Counted from the stretch's first letter, positions 1 through 7,641 are shown. The stretch is 10,123 nucleotides of DNA from Elusimicrobiota bacterium (GCA_043819795.1 JBDREN010000055.1:1-10123); one strand, 5' to 3'. The notes: generated by a model from the sequence alone, not told the origin. Made by a program: numbers and translations.

Positions 1-357
1 GTGCCGACGCTAAATCAAAGAGAACCCGGATGCGGATGCGCCTTCAACAGCGGCAACGATTAGACGCGATGACGAACACCCACGGCCTGTGGGCTGGGAT
101 TCTTTTGCCCATTGACGCGGGGACCTCTAATGAGTGACACCGCTATGACACCGCTACCGGCGCGAGGACAGCCTCGGCGGCGGCGGACCGGCCGGCGTCG
201 TCTCCCAAGAGTGGGACTTCGACGGCGACGGGGCCTACGATCATCAAGAGCGGATCGAACCCGCGGCTCAGCCGGCGGAGCGCGCGCCTTTTAGGGCGGC
301 TCCCGCCTCGCAGACGGAGTCTGACCCGGAATCAGGCCGCGATCGGGGGTCGCGGAT

Positions 358-2319
358 CTACTTCTCCCAACCTGTCTTCTTGCCCTTGTCAAACCCGGGC
401 GGCAGGCCGCCTTCCCAGCCCGCTTTCTCGCCCTGGCCGAAGCCGGCGGAAGGCTCTTCCCTCCCGGGCGGCAGCGCTTCCTCGTCTCCCGGGAAGACAA
501 GAGAATTCTCTCCCTGATAGATGAAGCTCTCCGCGTCCGCGACCGGCGCCGTCTCCCCATCGGTCGCCGTGATCGCGAGCTTGAGCTCTTCGCCCTCGCG
601 GCCCGCGAGGGCGTCCAGCGGCAGCGAGGCCGGCAGGCCGTCCGCGTAAGGCTCCTCGAGGATGATCTCCGACCCGCCGCTGTAGGTGAGCGGGCCGTAC
701 GACCAATCCATGATCGTGAGGTCGGCGAAGCGGTCCAAGTCGTTGCCGTCGATCACGCAGAGCGTGATGGGGAGCGGCCCCGCCCAATACGAAAGCTCAT
801 AGATGCTCACGTAATCCCGCAGGAGGCTCTTCCCGTTCGCCTCCCACGTGTCGCAGTCCTGGGCTTCGTACGAGGTCGCGGCGAAATAGGTCCTCTCCCA
901 TCCGCCGTCATAGCAGTACCCCCAATCAGGGGACATGAGATAGCTGCCCATCGCATAGCAGAAGGAAAGGCCGTCGACGGAGCCGGAGTGATCCGACATA
1001 ATGGTGACCGGCTCCCCTCCGGCGCTCGTGATGGCGACGGTCCCGCTCAGGGGGTCGCCGTTCGGATCGCTGAGCTCGGCCTCGGCCCGGAGGGCGCCGC
1101 GCAGGCCGCCGTTGGTGATCGCCAGGATCTCGACGGTGGGCTGGCAGGCGTCCCCGTCGCCGTCCTCGTTGCCGTCGGCTTGGTCCGGATTATGGGTGGA
1201 CGGACAGTTGTCGTAGCCGTCCTCCCACTCATCGTCATCCGGATCACCGGCGGAATTGCAGGCGTCCCCCACGCCGCTGCCGTCCGTGTCGGCTTGATCC
1301 GGATTGAAGACCTGCGAACAGTTGTCGATGCCATCCTCCCATTCATCCTGATCCAGGTCATAAGGGTCATTGCAGGCGTCCCCCATGCCGCTGCCGTCCG
1401 CGTCGGCTTGGTCCGGATTGATGACGGCGGGACAGTTGTCGCAAGCGTCCCCGATCTCCTCTCCATCGGTGTCCGCCTGATCCAGGTTGTAGACGGCGGG
1501 GCAGTTGTCGCAGGCGTCTCCCAGGCCGTCGCCGAAATAGCCATGGGCTCCAAGACCGTTTCGATAATGCCGCACGATCTCGTCGGCGCGCAGCGCTCTG
1601 CCATAGATCGCGAGTTCGTCGATGAGGCCATGATATATCGGCCATCCGCCCCCGCTCCTGCCGACAAAGAGATCCTCACCGTCCCTGTAGACGTTCCCGG
1701 CTTGTTCGACAGAGCCCACCTCCGAGCCGTCGATGTAGATTCTTATGGCGGACCCATCATAGCTCATCGCGACATGATGCCAATGATTGATCTGGATATT
1801 TCCCCCGCTGACCGCCTTGGGAGAGCCGGTTCTCACATATCCCCTCAACTGAGTGCCAACCAGGCGGAGGAAAAACGGCTCATAATACGTATCACCCTTG
1901 TGCACGATCGATTGGGTCGCGTTGGCTGTCGTCTTGATCCACGCATCTATCGAGATTTGACTCAGGGAACTGAAGATCGCCGAGTTCGGCGCTCTGACAT
2001 ACCCGCCGGTAAGATTCAGCGCGCCGCCGACCTGACCGGCCGTCCAGCCCGCGCCGCCGACAAGGGTCCCCGGGAGGCTCCCGGCAGAATCACCCGCAGT
2101 CGCTCCCGAGCCTTCGTCGAACTTCCAGTAAGAAAGCATGCCCGGCAAGTCCTCGGTATAGGCTTGGTCGGGATTATAGACGTAGGGGCAGTTATCGGCC
2201 GCGTCTTCGATCCCGTCGCCGTCGGAATCTTGAGCCGCGGCGCTCCCCGCCGAAGCCAGCAGCAGCGCCATCATCAGGACCGACGCCGTGACCGCCCCGC
2301 CAATGCCGGATCGTTTCAT
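358..2319 (-). CDS. Secreted LamG-like jellyroll + thrombospondin type-3 repeat protein with Ig-like/Cys4 core (paralogue 1, ~653 aa)
   Basis: ORF 358..2448. Start reassigned to ATG 2319 (MKRSGIGG...) because GGGAG lies just upstream and a signal peptide (…ASAGSAAA-QD) follows. LamG motifs YWKFDEGSG, WHHVAMSYDG, IDELAIYGRAL. Repeated DNCPxxxNPDQADxDGxGxGDAC. Confidence 0.9.
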   Translation of the reverse strand: MKRSGIGGAVTASVLMMALLLASAGSAAAQDSDGDGIEDAADNCPYVYNPDQAYTEDLPGMLSYWKFDEGSGATAGDSAGSLPGTLVGGAGWTAGQVGGALNLTGGYVRAPNSAIFSSLSQISIDAWIKTTANATQSIVHKGDTYYEPFFLRLVGTQLRGYVRTGSPKAVSGGNIQINHWHHVAMSYDGSAIRIYIDGSEVGSVEQAGNVYRDGEDLFVGRSGGGWPIYHGLIDELAIYGRALRADEIVRHYRNGLGAHGYFGDGLGDACDNCPAVYNLDQADTDGEEIGDACDNCPAVINPDQADADGSGMGDACNDPYDLDQDEWEDGIDNCSQVFNPDQADTDGSGVGDACNSAGDPDDDEWEDGYDNCPSTHNPDQADGNEDGDGDACQPTVEILAITNGGLRGALRAEAELSDPNGDPLSGTVAITSAGGEPVTIMSDHSGSVDGLSFCYAMGSYLMSPDWGYCYDGGWERTYFAATSYEAQDCDTWEANGKSLLRDYVSIYELSYWAGPLPITLCVIDGNDLDRFADLTIMDWSYGPLTYSGGSEIILEEPYADGLPASLPLDALAGREGEELKLAITATDGETAPVADAESFIYQGENSLVFPGDEEALPPGREEPSAGFGQGEKAGWEGGLPPGFDKGKKTGWEK

Positions 2320-2386
2320 ATTCTTTCTCCCTGTTCGCTGCCCGAGCCGGGCCGCAGATCGTCCACTACATATATAGCCGCAACAA

Positions 2387-2465
2387 GCTGACAAGTCAAT
2401 GACACGCCCGCGACAAAGGCGTAAAAATAACGCCGTTAAAACCAGCATTATTATTAATGGTCAGG
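2387..2465 (-). promoter_or_regulatory. Conserved 79-bp upstream element, copy E1 (upstream of 358-2319)
   Basis: Aligns without gaps to 4383-4461 and 4613-4691. TGTC at 11-bp period (GACA on + at 2390, 2401, 2412). Contains -35-like TTGACT. Confidence 0.75.
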
Positions 2466-2574
2466 CGGTCAGGAGCCTGTGGGATTTTCCGCCGCCTCCG
2501 CCCCGCGGCTCAGCCAGCAGAACGCGGGCCCCGTAGCCGGGGCATGCGATACTCGCGCGGGGGAAGGGACGGCT

Positions 2575-4278
2575 CTACTTCTCCCAACCTTTCTTCTTGC
2601 CCTTGTCGAACCCGGGGGGCAGGTCGCCGTCCCAACCCGCTTTCTCGCCCTTGCTGAAACCGGCGGAAGGCTCTTCCCTTCCGGGCGGCAGGACTTCCTC
2701 GTCTCCCGGGAAGACAAGAGTATCTTCTCCCTGATAGGTGAAGCTCTCCCGGTCCGAGGCCGGCGACGTATTCCCGTCGGTCGCCGTGATCGCGAGCTTG
2801 AGCTCCTCGCCCTCGCGGCCCGCGAGAGCGCCCAACGGCAGCGAGTCCGGCAGGGCGTCCGCGTAGGGCTCCTCGAGGATGATCTCCGATCCGCCGCTGT
2901 AGGTGAGCGTGCCGCCGGGCGACCAGCCCGTGATCACGAGGTCGGCGAAGCGGTCCATGTCGTAAGCGTCGACCACGCAGAGCTTGATGGGGAACTGGTA
3001 CAGCCAAGAGAGCTCGTCGATGCTCACGTAATCCCGGCGGAGGTACTTTCCGCTCGCCTGCCAGGTCTCGCAGTCCTGGACTTCACTCCAGTCCGCGGCG
3101 AAGTAGACGCGATCCCATCCGCCGTCGTAGCAGTACCCCCAATCGGGGGACATGAGATAGCTGCCCATCGCATAGCAGAAGGAAAGGCCGCCGACGGAGC
3201 CGGACCGGTCCGAGGGGAGGTCGACGGGGTCTGCTCCGGCGGTCGCGATCGCGACGGTGCCGCTCAGGGGGTCGCCGTTGGGGTCGCCGAGATCGGCTTC
3301 GACCCGAAGGGCGCCGCCCGGGCCGCCGTTCGCGATCGCCGCGATCTCGACGGTCGGCTGGCAGGCGTCTCCATCGCCGTCGCCGTCGCCGTCGGCTTGG
3401 TCCGGATTAGGGGTGGATGGACAGTTGTCATGACCATCCTCCCATTCGTCATCATCCGGATCAGAGGCGGAATTGCAGGCATCCCCCGTGCCGCTGCCGT
3501 CCGTGTCGGCTTGATCCGGATTGGGAACGTCGGTGCAGTTATCGAACGCGTCATCGATCCCGTCGCTGTCGGAATCTCGAGCCCCGGCTTCATAAAGCTC
3601 CATTATCTCTTCCGGGCTCAATGCCCGGTTGTAGAGCGACACCTCATCGACGACGCCGTTGAAGGGGAAATATCCGACGGAGTAGCTGCCTATGGCGAGG
3701 GGAATGTTCGAGAAGTTCTTGTCTGAGGTGAGAATAGCTTGGTTTTCAAGTCGACCATACACATAGAGCTGGGCCAGGCGAGTCGAAAAGTCATAGGTTC
3801 CGACGATGTGATACCATTTGCCCGCTTCGATGCGCGTATTCGCATAGAAAGCCTGTCCGGCGTCCGTCTCCCACCTCAATCGATCGAGGTTTAAATAGAA
3901 GTTTATGTATTGCCTGCCGGAGTGTTGCCCCATCTGACCTTGATACGCGTCGACCGTGCTCGCTTTAAACCAAAGAGAGAATGTATATCCCCGGTCGTAA
4001 TAAAAGTCCGAAGACGGGGGGATCTCCACATGCCCGTTCCCGTCAAAGCTCAAGGCCTGACCGCCGGAGATGCTATCGGTAGTCCAGGTCGCGCCATGGA
4101 TCATGCCGTCGTTGTCATGCCCGGAACCATCGTTCGCGACCGAGCCCGAGCCCTCGTCGAAGCTCCAGTAGCCGATCCGGTCCGTAGTTTGCGCCTCAGC
4201 CGATCCGGCCAGAGCCAACAGCAGCGCCACCGCCAATCCTGATGCCATGGCTCCTCCGCCGATCGCAGATCTCTTCAT
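2575..4278 (-). CDS. Secreted LamG-like jellyroll + thrombospondin type-3 repeat protein with Ig-like/Cys4 core (paralogue 2, 567 aa)
   Basis: ATG preceded by AAGGGGG. Signal peptide (…LAGSAEA-QT). LamG motifs YWSFDEGSG, WYHIVGTYD, VDEVSLYNRAL. C-terminal ~320 aa closely similar to paralogue 1. Confidence 0.9.
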   Translation of the reverse strand: MKRSAIGGGAMASGLAVALLLALAGSAEAQTTDRIGYWSFDEGSGSVANDGSGHDNDGMIHGATWTTDSISGGQALSFDGNGHVEIPPSSDFYYDRGYTFSLWFKASTVDAYQGQMGQHSGRQYINFYLNLDRLRWETDAGQAFYANTRIEAGKWYHIVGTYDFSTRLAQLYVYGRLENQAILTSDKNFSNIPLAIGSYSVGYFPFNGVVDEVSLYNRALSPEEIMELYEAGARDSDSDGIDDAFDNCTDVPNPDQADTDGSGTGDACNSASDPDDDEWEDGHDNCPSTPNPDQADGDGDGDGDACQPTVEIAAIANGGPGGALRVEADLGDPNGDPLSGTVAIATAGADPVDLPSDRSGSVGGLSFCYAMGSYLMSPDWGYCYDGGWDRVYFAADWSEVQDCETWQASGKYLRRDYVSIDELSWLYQFPIKLCVVDAYDMDRFADLVITGWSPGGTLTYSGGSEIILEEPYADALPDSLPLGALAGREGEELKLAITATDGNTSPASDRESFTYQGEDTLVFPGDEEVLPPGREEPSAGFSKGEKAGWDGDLPPGFDKGKKKGWEK

Positions 4279-4382
4279 TGTTCCCCCTTGCTCGATCCCG
4301 AAAATCCTGAGGACGAAGGCCCCCCGACAGACACGCCGATCTGCCCGGCCGCTGATCGTCCCTTAAGCTTAGCCCCAGGTGA

Positions 4383-4461
4383 GCTGACAAGTCAAGGACA
4401 AGCCCAAGACAAACGCATATAAATAACGGTGATTAAACAAGCATGATTATTTTTTGTCAGC
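4383..4461 (-). promoter_or_regulatory. Conserved 79-bp upstream element, copy E2 (upstream of 2575-4278)
   Basis: GCTGACAA-N63-TTGTCAGC. GACA on + at 4386, 4397, 4408. On the - strand TTGACT-N18-TAAGCT resembles a sigma70 promoter. Confidence 0.75.
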
Positions 4462-4612
4462 TGGTTGACCAACTTTGGGATTGGTAAGAGCAGGGATGCT
4501 TGAGTCCGTGGAATCGAACGGTCGTGGACGCCGCGACCGGCTGAAGTACTGGACGATTCCGCGCTCAACGTATTACTCTTGGAAGAAAGTCACCGCCTGA
4601 GGCTCTTTCCCA

Positions 4613-4691
4613 GCTGACAAAAAAAAATAATGTTTGTTTAACCAACGCTATTTCCATGTGTTTGTCTGAGGCGCGTCATTGCATTGTCAGC
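4613..4691 (+). promoter_or_regulatory. Conserved 79-bp upstream element, copy E3 (upstream of 4799-7507)
   Basis: GCTGACAA-N63-TTGTCAGC. TGTC/CGTC at 4663, 4674, 4685. Followed by ATATATGTAGTGG, which is also found after E1. Confidence 0.75.
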
Positions 4692-4798
4692 GGAAAGGAC
4701 GCATATATGTAGTGGCCGATCAGCGGCCCAACGCGGGTTTCCCCGCGGCGGGGAGAGGGTGGCAGCCGCAAGCTCCCCGGGCAAGAAGGAGGAAGAAA

Positions 4799-7507
4799 AT
4801 GAAGACCAAGAAACTTTCGGCGGCCATCCTGGCCGCGAGCCTCGCGGCGCCCTCGGGCGCGGCCATGGCGGATACGGCCTTCGGGCCGGTCGGGCCGGAG
4901 TTCCGCATCGAGAGCCAGGCCGGCACTTTGATCGACCAGGAAATCAGCATGGACGCCGCGGGCAACTTCGTCATCGCCTGGAGCGACTACTCCCGCTACT
5001 ATCTCCTGGCCAAGCGCTACGACCGGGACGGCAACGAGCTCGTCCCGCCGCCCGGCATCCCCCGCGGCACCGGCAACGAGTTCCGGGTCAACACCCACAT
5101 GGGCAGCTACAAGATGAGCCCGTCGGTCACGTTGAACCCGAGCGGGACCTTGCTCATCACCTGGACCAGCCGGTACCAGGCCAACTACGACGACATCTAC
5201 GCCCAGCGCTTCGACAGCGCCGGAAACAAGCTGGGTGGAGAGTTCCGCGTGAACGACTACCTCCCCGACTGGCAGCGGTGGTCCGACTCGGCCATGGCGC
5301 CCGACGGGAGTTTCGTGATCATTTGGGGCGGTGCCGGCGCGGAGGGCTCGGGAGTCTACGGGCAGAGGTATGCCCCCAACGGCGCGAGGCTCGGCGGGAA
5401 TTTCCGGATCGCTCCCGGCTCGTCATCCTCGGAAGGCTGCTCGGTCGCGATGGACGCCTCGGGCAGGTTCGCCGTCGTCTTCCAAGGGTCAGGCCCGGAG
5501 GGCGCCGGCGTTTACATACGCCGCTTCGCGGCCGACGGGACCCCGCTCGCCGACAAGGAGTATATTTGGCCAGGGATCGGGACCCGCCATGGGGTCTCCA
5601 TGGCCCCCGACGGACGCATCGCCGTCGCCGTGTTCTCCTACGCCCCCGATGCCTATGGGGATATCATTCTCCAGCTCTTCGACGCGGACGGGGTCCCCGT
5701 CGGACCGGCGTCGTTCGCGAACTCCTACCGGCAGGGCTATCAGGAGGACCCGGTCGTCGCCCTGCACGCCCCTTCGGGGACGTCGGTCGTCTCCTGGTCC
5801 GGGGAGGGGCCGGGCGACGACGAAGGGACCTTCCTTCGCCGGTTCGACGCGGACGGGACTCCGCTTGAGACGGAGTTCCGCCTGAACGGCAAGCTGGACC
5901 AGTACCAGAGGCATTCGGTCCTCGCGCTCAACGACGCCGGCGACATGGTGACCACCTACGAGGACAGCGGCACCCGCGCGGGCCAGCTCTTCGCCCGCCG
6001 CTGGAGCCTGTTCGCGCCCGACACGGACCTGGACGGCCGGGCCGACGGCTGGGACAACTGCCCGCGCGTGCCCAACCCCGCCCAGGAGGACGCCGACGGC
6101 GACGGCATCGGCGACCCCTGCGACCACCCGCCGACCGTGACGATCGAGGACCCGGTCTACTCGGCATCCGACATCCGGATGGAGACCGCTGTGGGGGATG
6201 AGGACGGGGACCCGCTGACCGGAAAGGTCAACATCGGAAGCGGCTTCGGAGAGGAGTCTTTGGAGAACTACAGCCTCGGCAGCGTCGAGGGCATCGAATT
6301 CTGCTACGCCTACGGCGGCTACCTGCGCACTCCCTCATGGGGAGAGTGCGGCTACTCGGAAGCCGACGTCCGGTTCGCCGGGGATCGCTCCACGGGCCCC
6401 CAGGACTGCGCCGCGGCCGATCAATGGTCGGAGTTATTCTCCTTGAATCGAGTATCTGCTCCCCTGCCCTGGCGCCTCTGCGTCCGGGACGAAGCCACCG
6501 GGGACGAGGCGGAGCTGGTGATCACGGATTGGGCCTACGATTCCGCGCTGACCTACCAGGTGGAGTACGTCGCCATCGGCGTGCCCTGGTCCGGCGAGCC
6601 GCCGGAGACGATCGACATCCAGGAGCTGGCCGACGGCGACTACACGATGCGCGTGGAGGCCGATGACGGAGGCAACCCGAAGGTGTCGGCGAGCAAGGAG
6701 TTCTCCAAGAACGGGCAGTCCGCGATCGTGCTCTCCGAATCGGACACGGACGGCGACGGCATCGACGACGAGTCCGATAACTGCCCGTTGATCGCCAACC
6801 CGGGCCAGGAGGACAACGACGGCGACGCCCAAGGCGACGTCTGCGACCCCGACGACGACAACGACGACGTGGACGACGGGGCCGACAACTGTCCGCTGGC
6901 CGCCAACCCGGACCAGGCCGACAACGACAGCGACGCCCAAGGCGACGCCTGCGACCCCGACGACGACAACGACGACGTGGACGACGGGGCCGACAACTGT
7001 CCGCTGATCGCCAACCCGGACCAGGCCGACAACGACAGCGACGGGCAAGGCGACGTCTGCGATCCGGATGACGACAACGACGGCGTGGCCGACGGCGACG
7101 ACAACTGTCCGCTGGCCGCCAACGCCGGCCAGGAGGACCTGGACGGCGACGGCCTCGGCGACGTCTGCGATCCGGACCGGGACGGCGACGGGGTCGACAA
7201 CGACGTTGACGCCTGCCCGGACACCGACGCATCCGGACGCGACGCGGACAGCGACGGGTGCGTCGACTCGGCGGACCAGCTAGACGACGTGATCGGCGGC
7301 CTGGAGCTGCCCGGCGGGACGTCGAACTCGCTCTTGAGCACGGCGGAGAACGCGGCGGCCGCGGCCGAACGGGGGAACACCAAGGCCGCCGAGAACCAGC
7401 TCGAGGCGTTGATCAACAAGGTCGAGGCTCAGCGGGGCAAGAAGCTCACCGACGAGCAAGCGGACCTGCTCATCGAGTTCGCCAGGAATTCGATCGCGGG
7501 ACTATAG
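4799..7507 (+). CDS. Secreted modular surface protein: 7x ~55-60 aa repeat (probable beta-propeller), TSP3 repeats, Ig-like/Cys4 core, C-terminal FIMAH-like helical domain (~902 aa)
   Basis: ORF 4679..7507. Start reassigned to ATG 4799 (MKTKK…, after AGGAGG). Signal peptide ending AMA-D. Repeats of EFRVN…VAMDxxGxFVxxW…YAQRFDxxG. TSP3 repeats. Tail …QLEALINKVEAQRGKKLTDEQADLLI. Confidence 0.9.
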   Translation: MKTKKLSAAILAASLAAPSGAAMADTAFGPVGPEFRIESQAGTLIDQEISMDAAGNFVIAWSDYSRYYLLAKRYDRDGNELVPPPGIPRGTGNEFRVNTHMGSYKMSPSVTLNPSGTLLITWTSRYQANYDDIYAQRFDSAGNKLGGEFRVNDYLPDWQRWSDSAMAPDGSFVIIWGGAGAEGSGVYGQRYAPNGARLGGNFRIAPGSSSSEGCSVAMDASGRFAVVFQGSGPEGAGVYIRRFAADGTPLADKEYIWPGIGTRHGVSMAPDGRIAVAVFSYAPDAYGDIILQLFDADGVPVGPASFANSYRQGYQEDPVVALHAPSGTSVVSWSGEGPGDDEGTFLRRFDADGTPLETEFRLNGKLDQYQRHSVLALNDAGDMVTTYEDSGTRAGQLFARRWSLFAPDTDLDGRADGWDNCPRVPNPAQEDADGDGIGDPCDHPPTVTIEDPVYSASDIRMETAVGDEDGDPLTGKVNIGSGFGEESLENYSLGSVEGIEFCYAYGGYLRTPSWGECGYSEADVRFAGDRSTGPQDCAAADQWSELFSLNRVSAPLPWRLCVRDEATGDEAELVITDWAYDSALTYQVEYVAIGVPWSGEPPETIDIQELADGDYTMRVEADDGGNPKVSASKEFSKNGQSAIVLSESDTDGDGIDDESDNCPLIANPGQEDNDGDAQGDVCDPDDDNDDVDDGADNCPLAANPDQADNDSDAQGDACDPDDDNDDVDDGADNCPLIANPDQADNDSDGQGDVCDPDDDNDGVADGDDNCPLAANAGQEDLDGDGLGDVCDPDRDGDGVDNDVDACPDTDASGRDADSDGCVDSADQLDDVIGGLELPGGTSNSLLSTAENAAAAAERGNTKAAENQLEALINKVEAQRGKKLTDEQADLLIEFARNSIAGL
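6776..7207 (+). repeat. Four tandem 108-bp (36-aa) TSP3-type intragenic repeats
   Basis: DNCPL codons start at 6776, 6884, 6992 and 7100. Units are near-identical in DNA. Confidence 0.9.
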
Positions 7508-7559
7508 CCGCGGCAGACGCCGCCGCAACAAGGCGCCCGGACACGCGCGTGTCCGGGCG
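7471..7559 (+). repeat. 89-bp direct repeat, copy 1 (last codons, stop and terminator of 4799-7507)
   Basis: Matches 9750-9838 without gaps at 81/89 positions. Confidence 0.9.
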
Positions 7560-7563
7560 CTTC
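7530..7563 (+). terminator. Probable intrinsic terminator hairpin
   Basis: Perfect palindrome GCGCCCGGACACGC|GCGTGTCCGGGCGC (7533-7560), ~25 bp after the stop codon. U-tract is short. Confidence 0.6.
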
Positions 7564-7573
7564 GTCTTAAGGC

Positions 7574-7641
7574 GACGTTGAGTTTGTTGAGTAATTCCCG
7601 GTGGAGCCTCCAGTCACTCAACAAACTCAACGTCTGACACC
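7574..7641. repeat. Palindrome A: 19-bp perfect inverted repeat ending in CTGACACC
   Basis: GACGTTGAGTTTGTTGAGT (7574-7592) / ACTCAACAAACTCAACGTC (7616-7634) with a 23-nt spacer, then TGACACC. Confidence 0.85.

Noticed and set aside
2320..2448. Upstream extensions of ORFs 358..2448 and 4679..7507
   Set aside because: They run through the conserved upstream elements. The internal ATGs have an RBS and begin signal peptides.
988..3726. Long + strand ORFs 988..2391 and 2479..3726 and the many other overlapping or antisense ORFs
   Set aside because: Shadow frames of high-GC genes. No recognisable motifs, and they overlap well-supported CDSs.
6776..7207. CRISPR array
   Set aside because: In-frame coding tandem repeats with no unique spacers and no cas genes.
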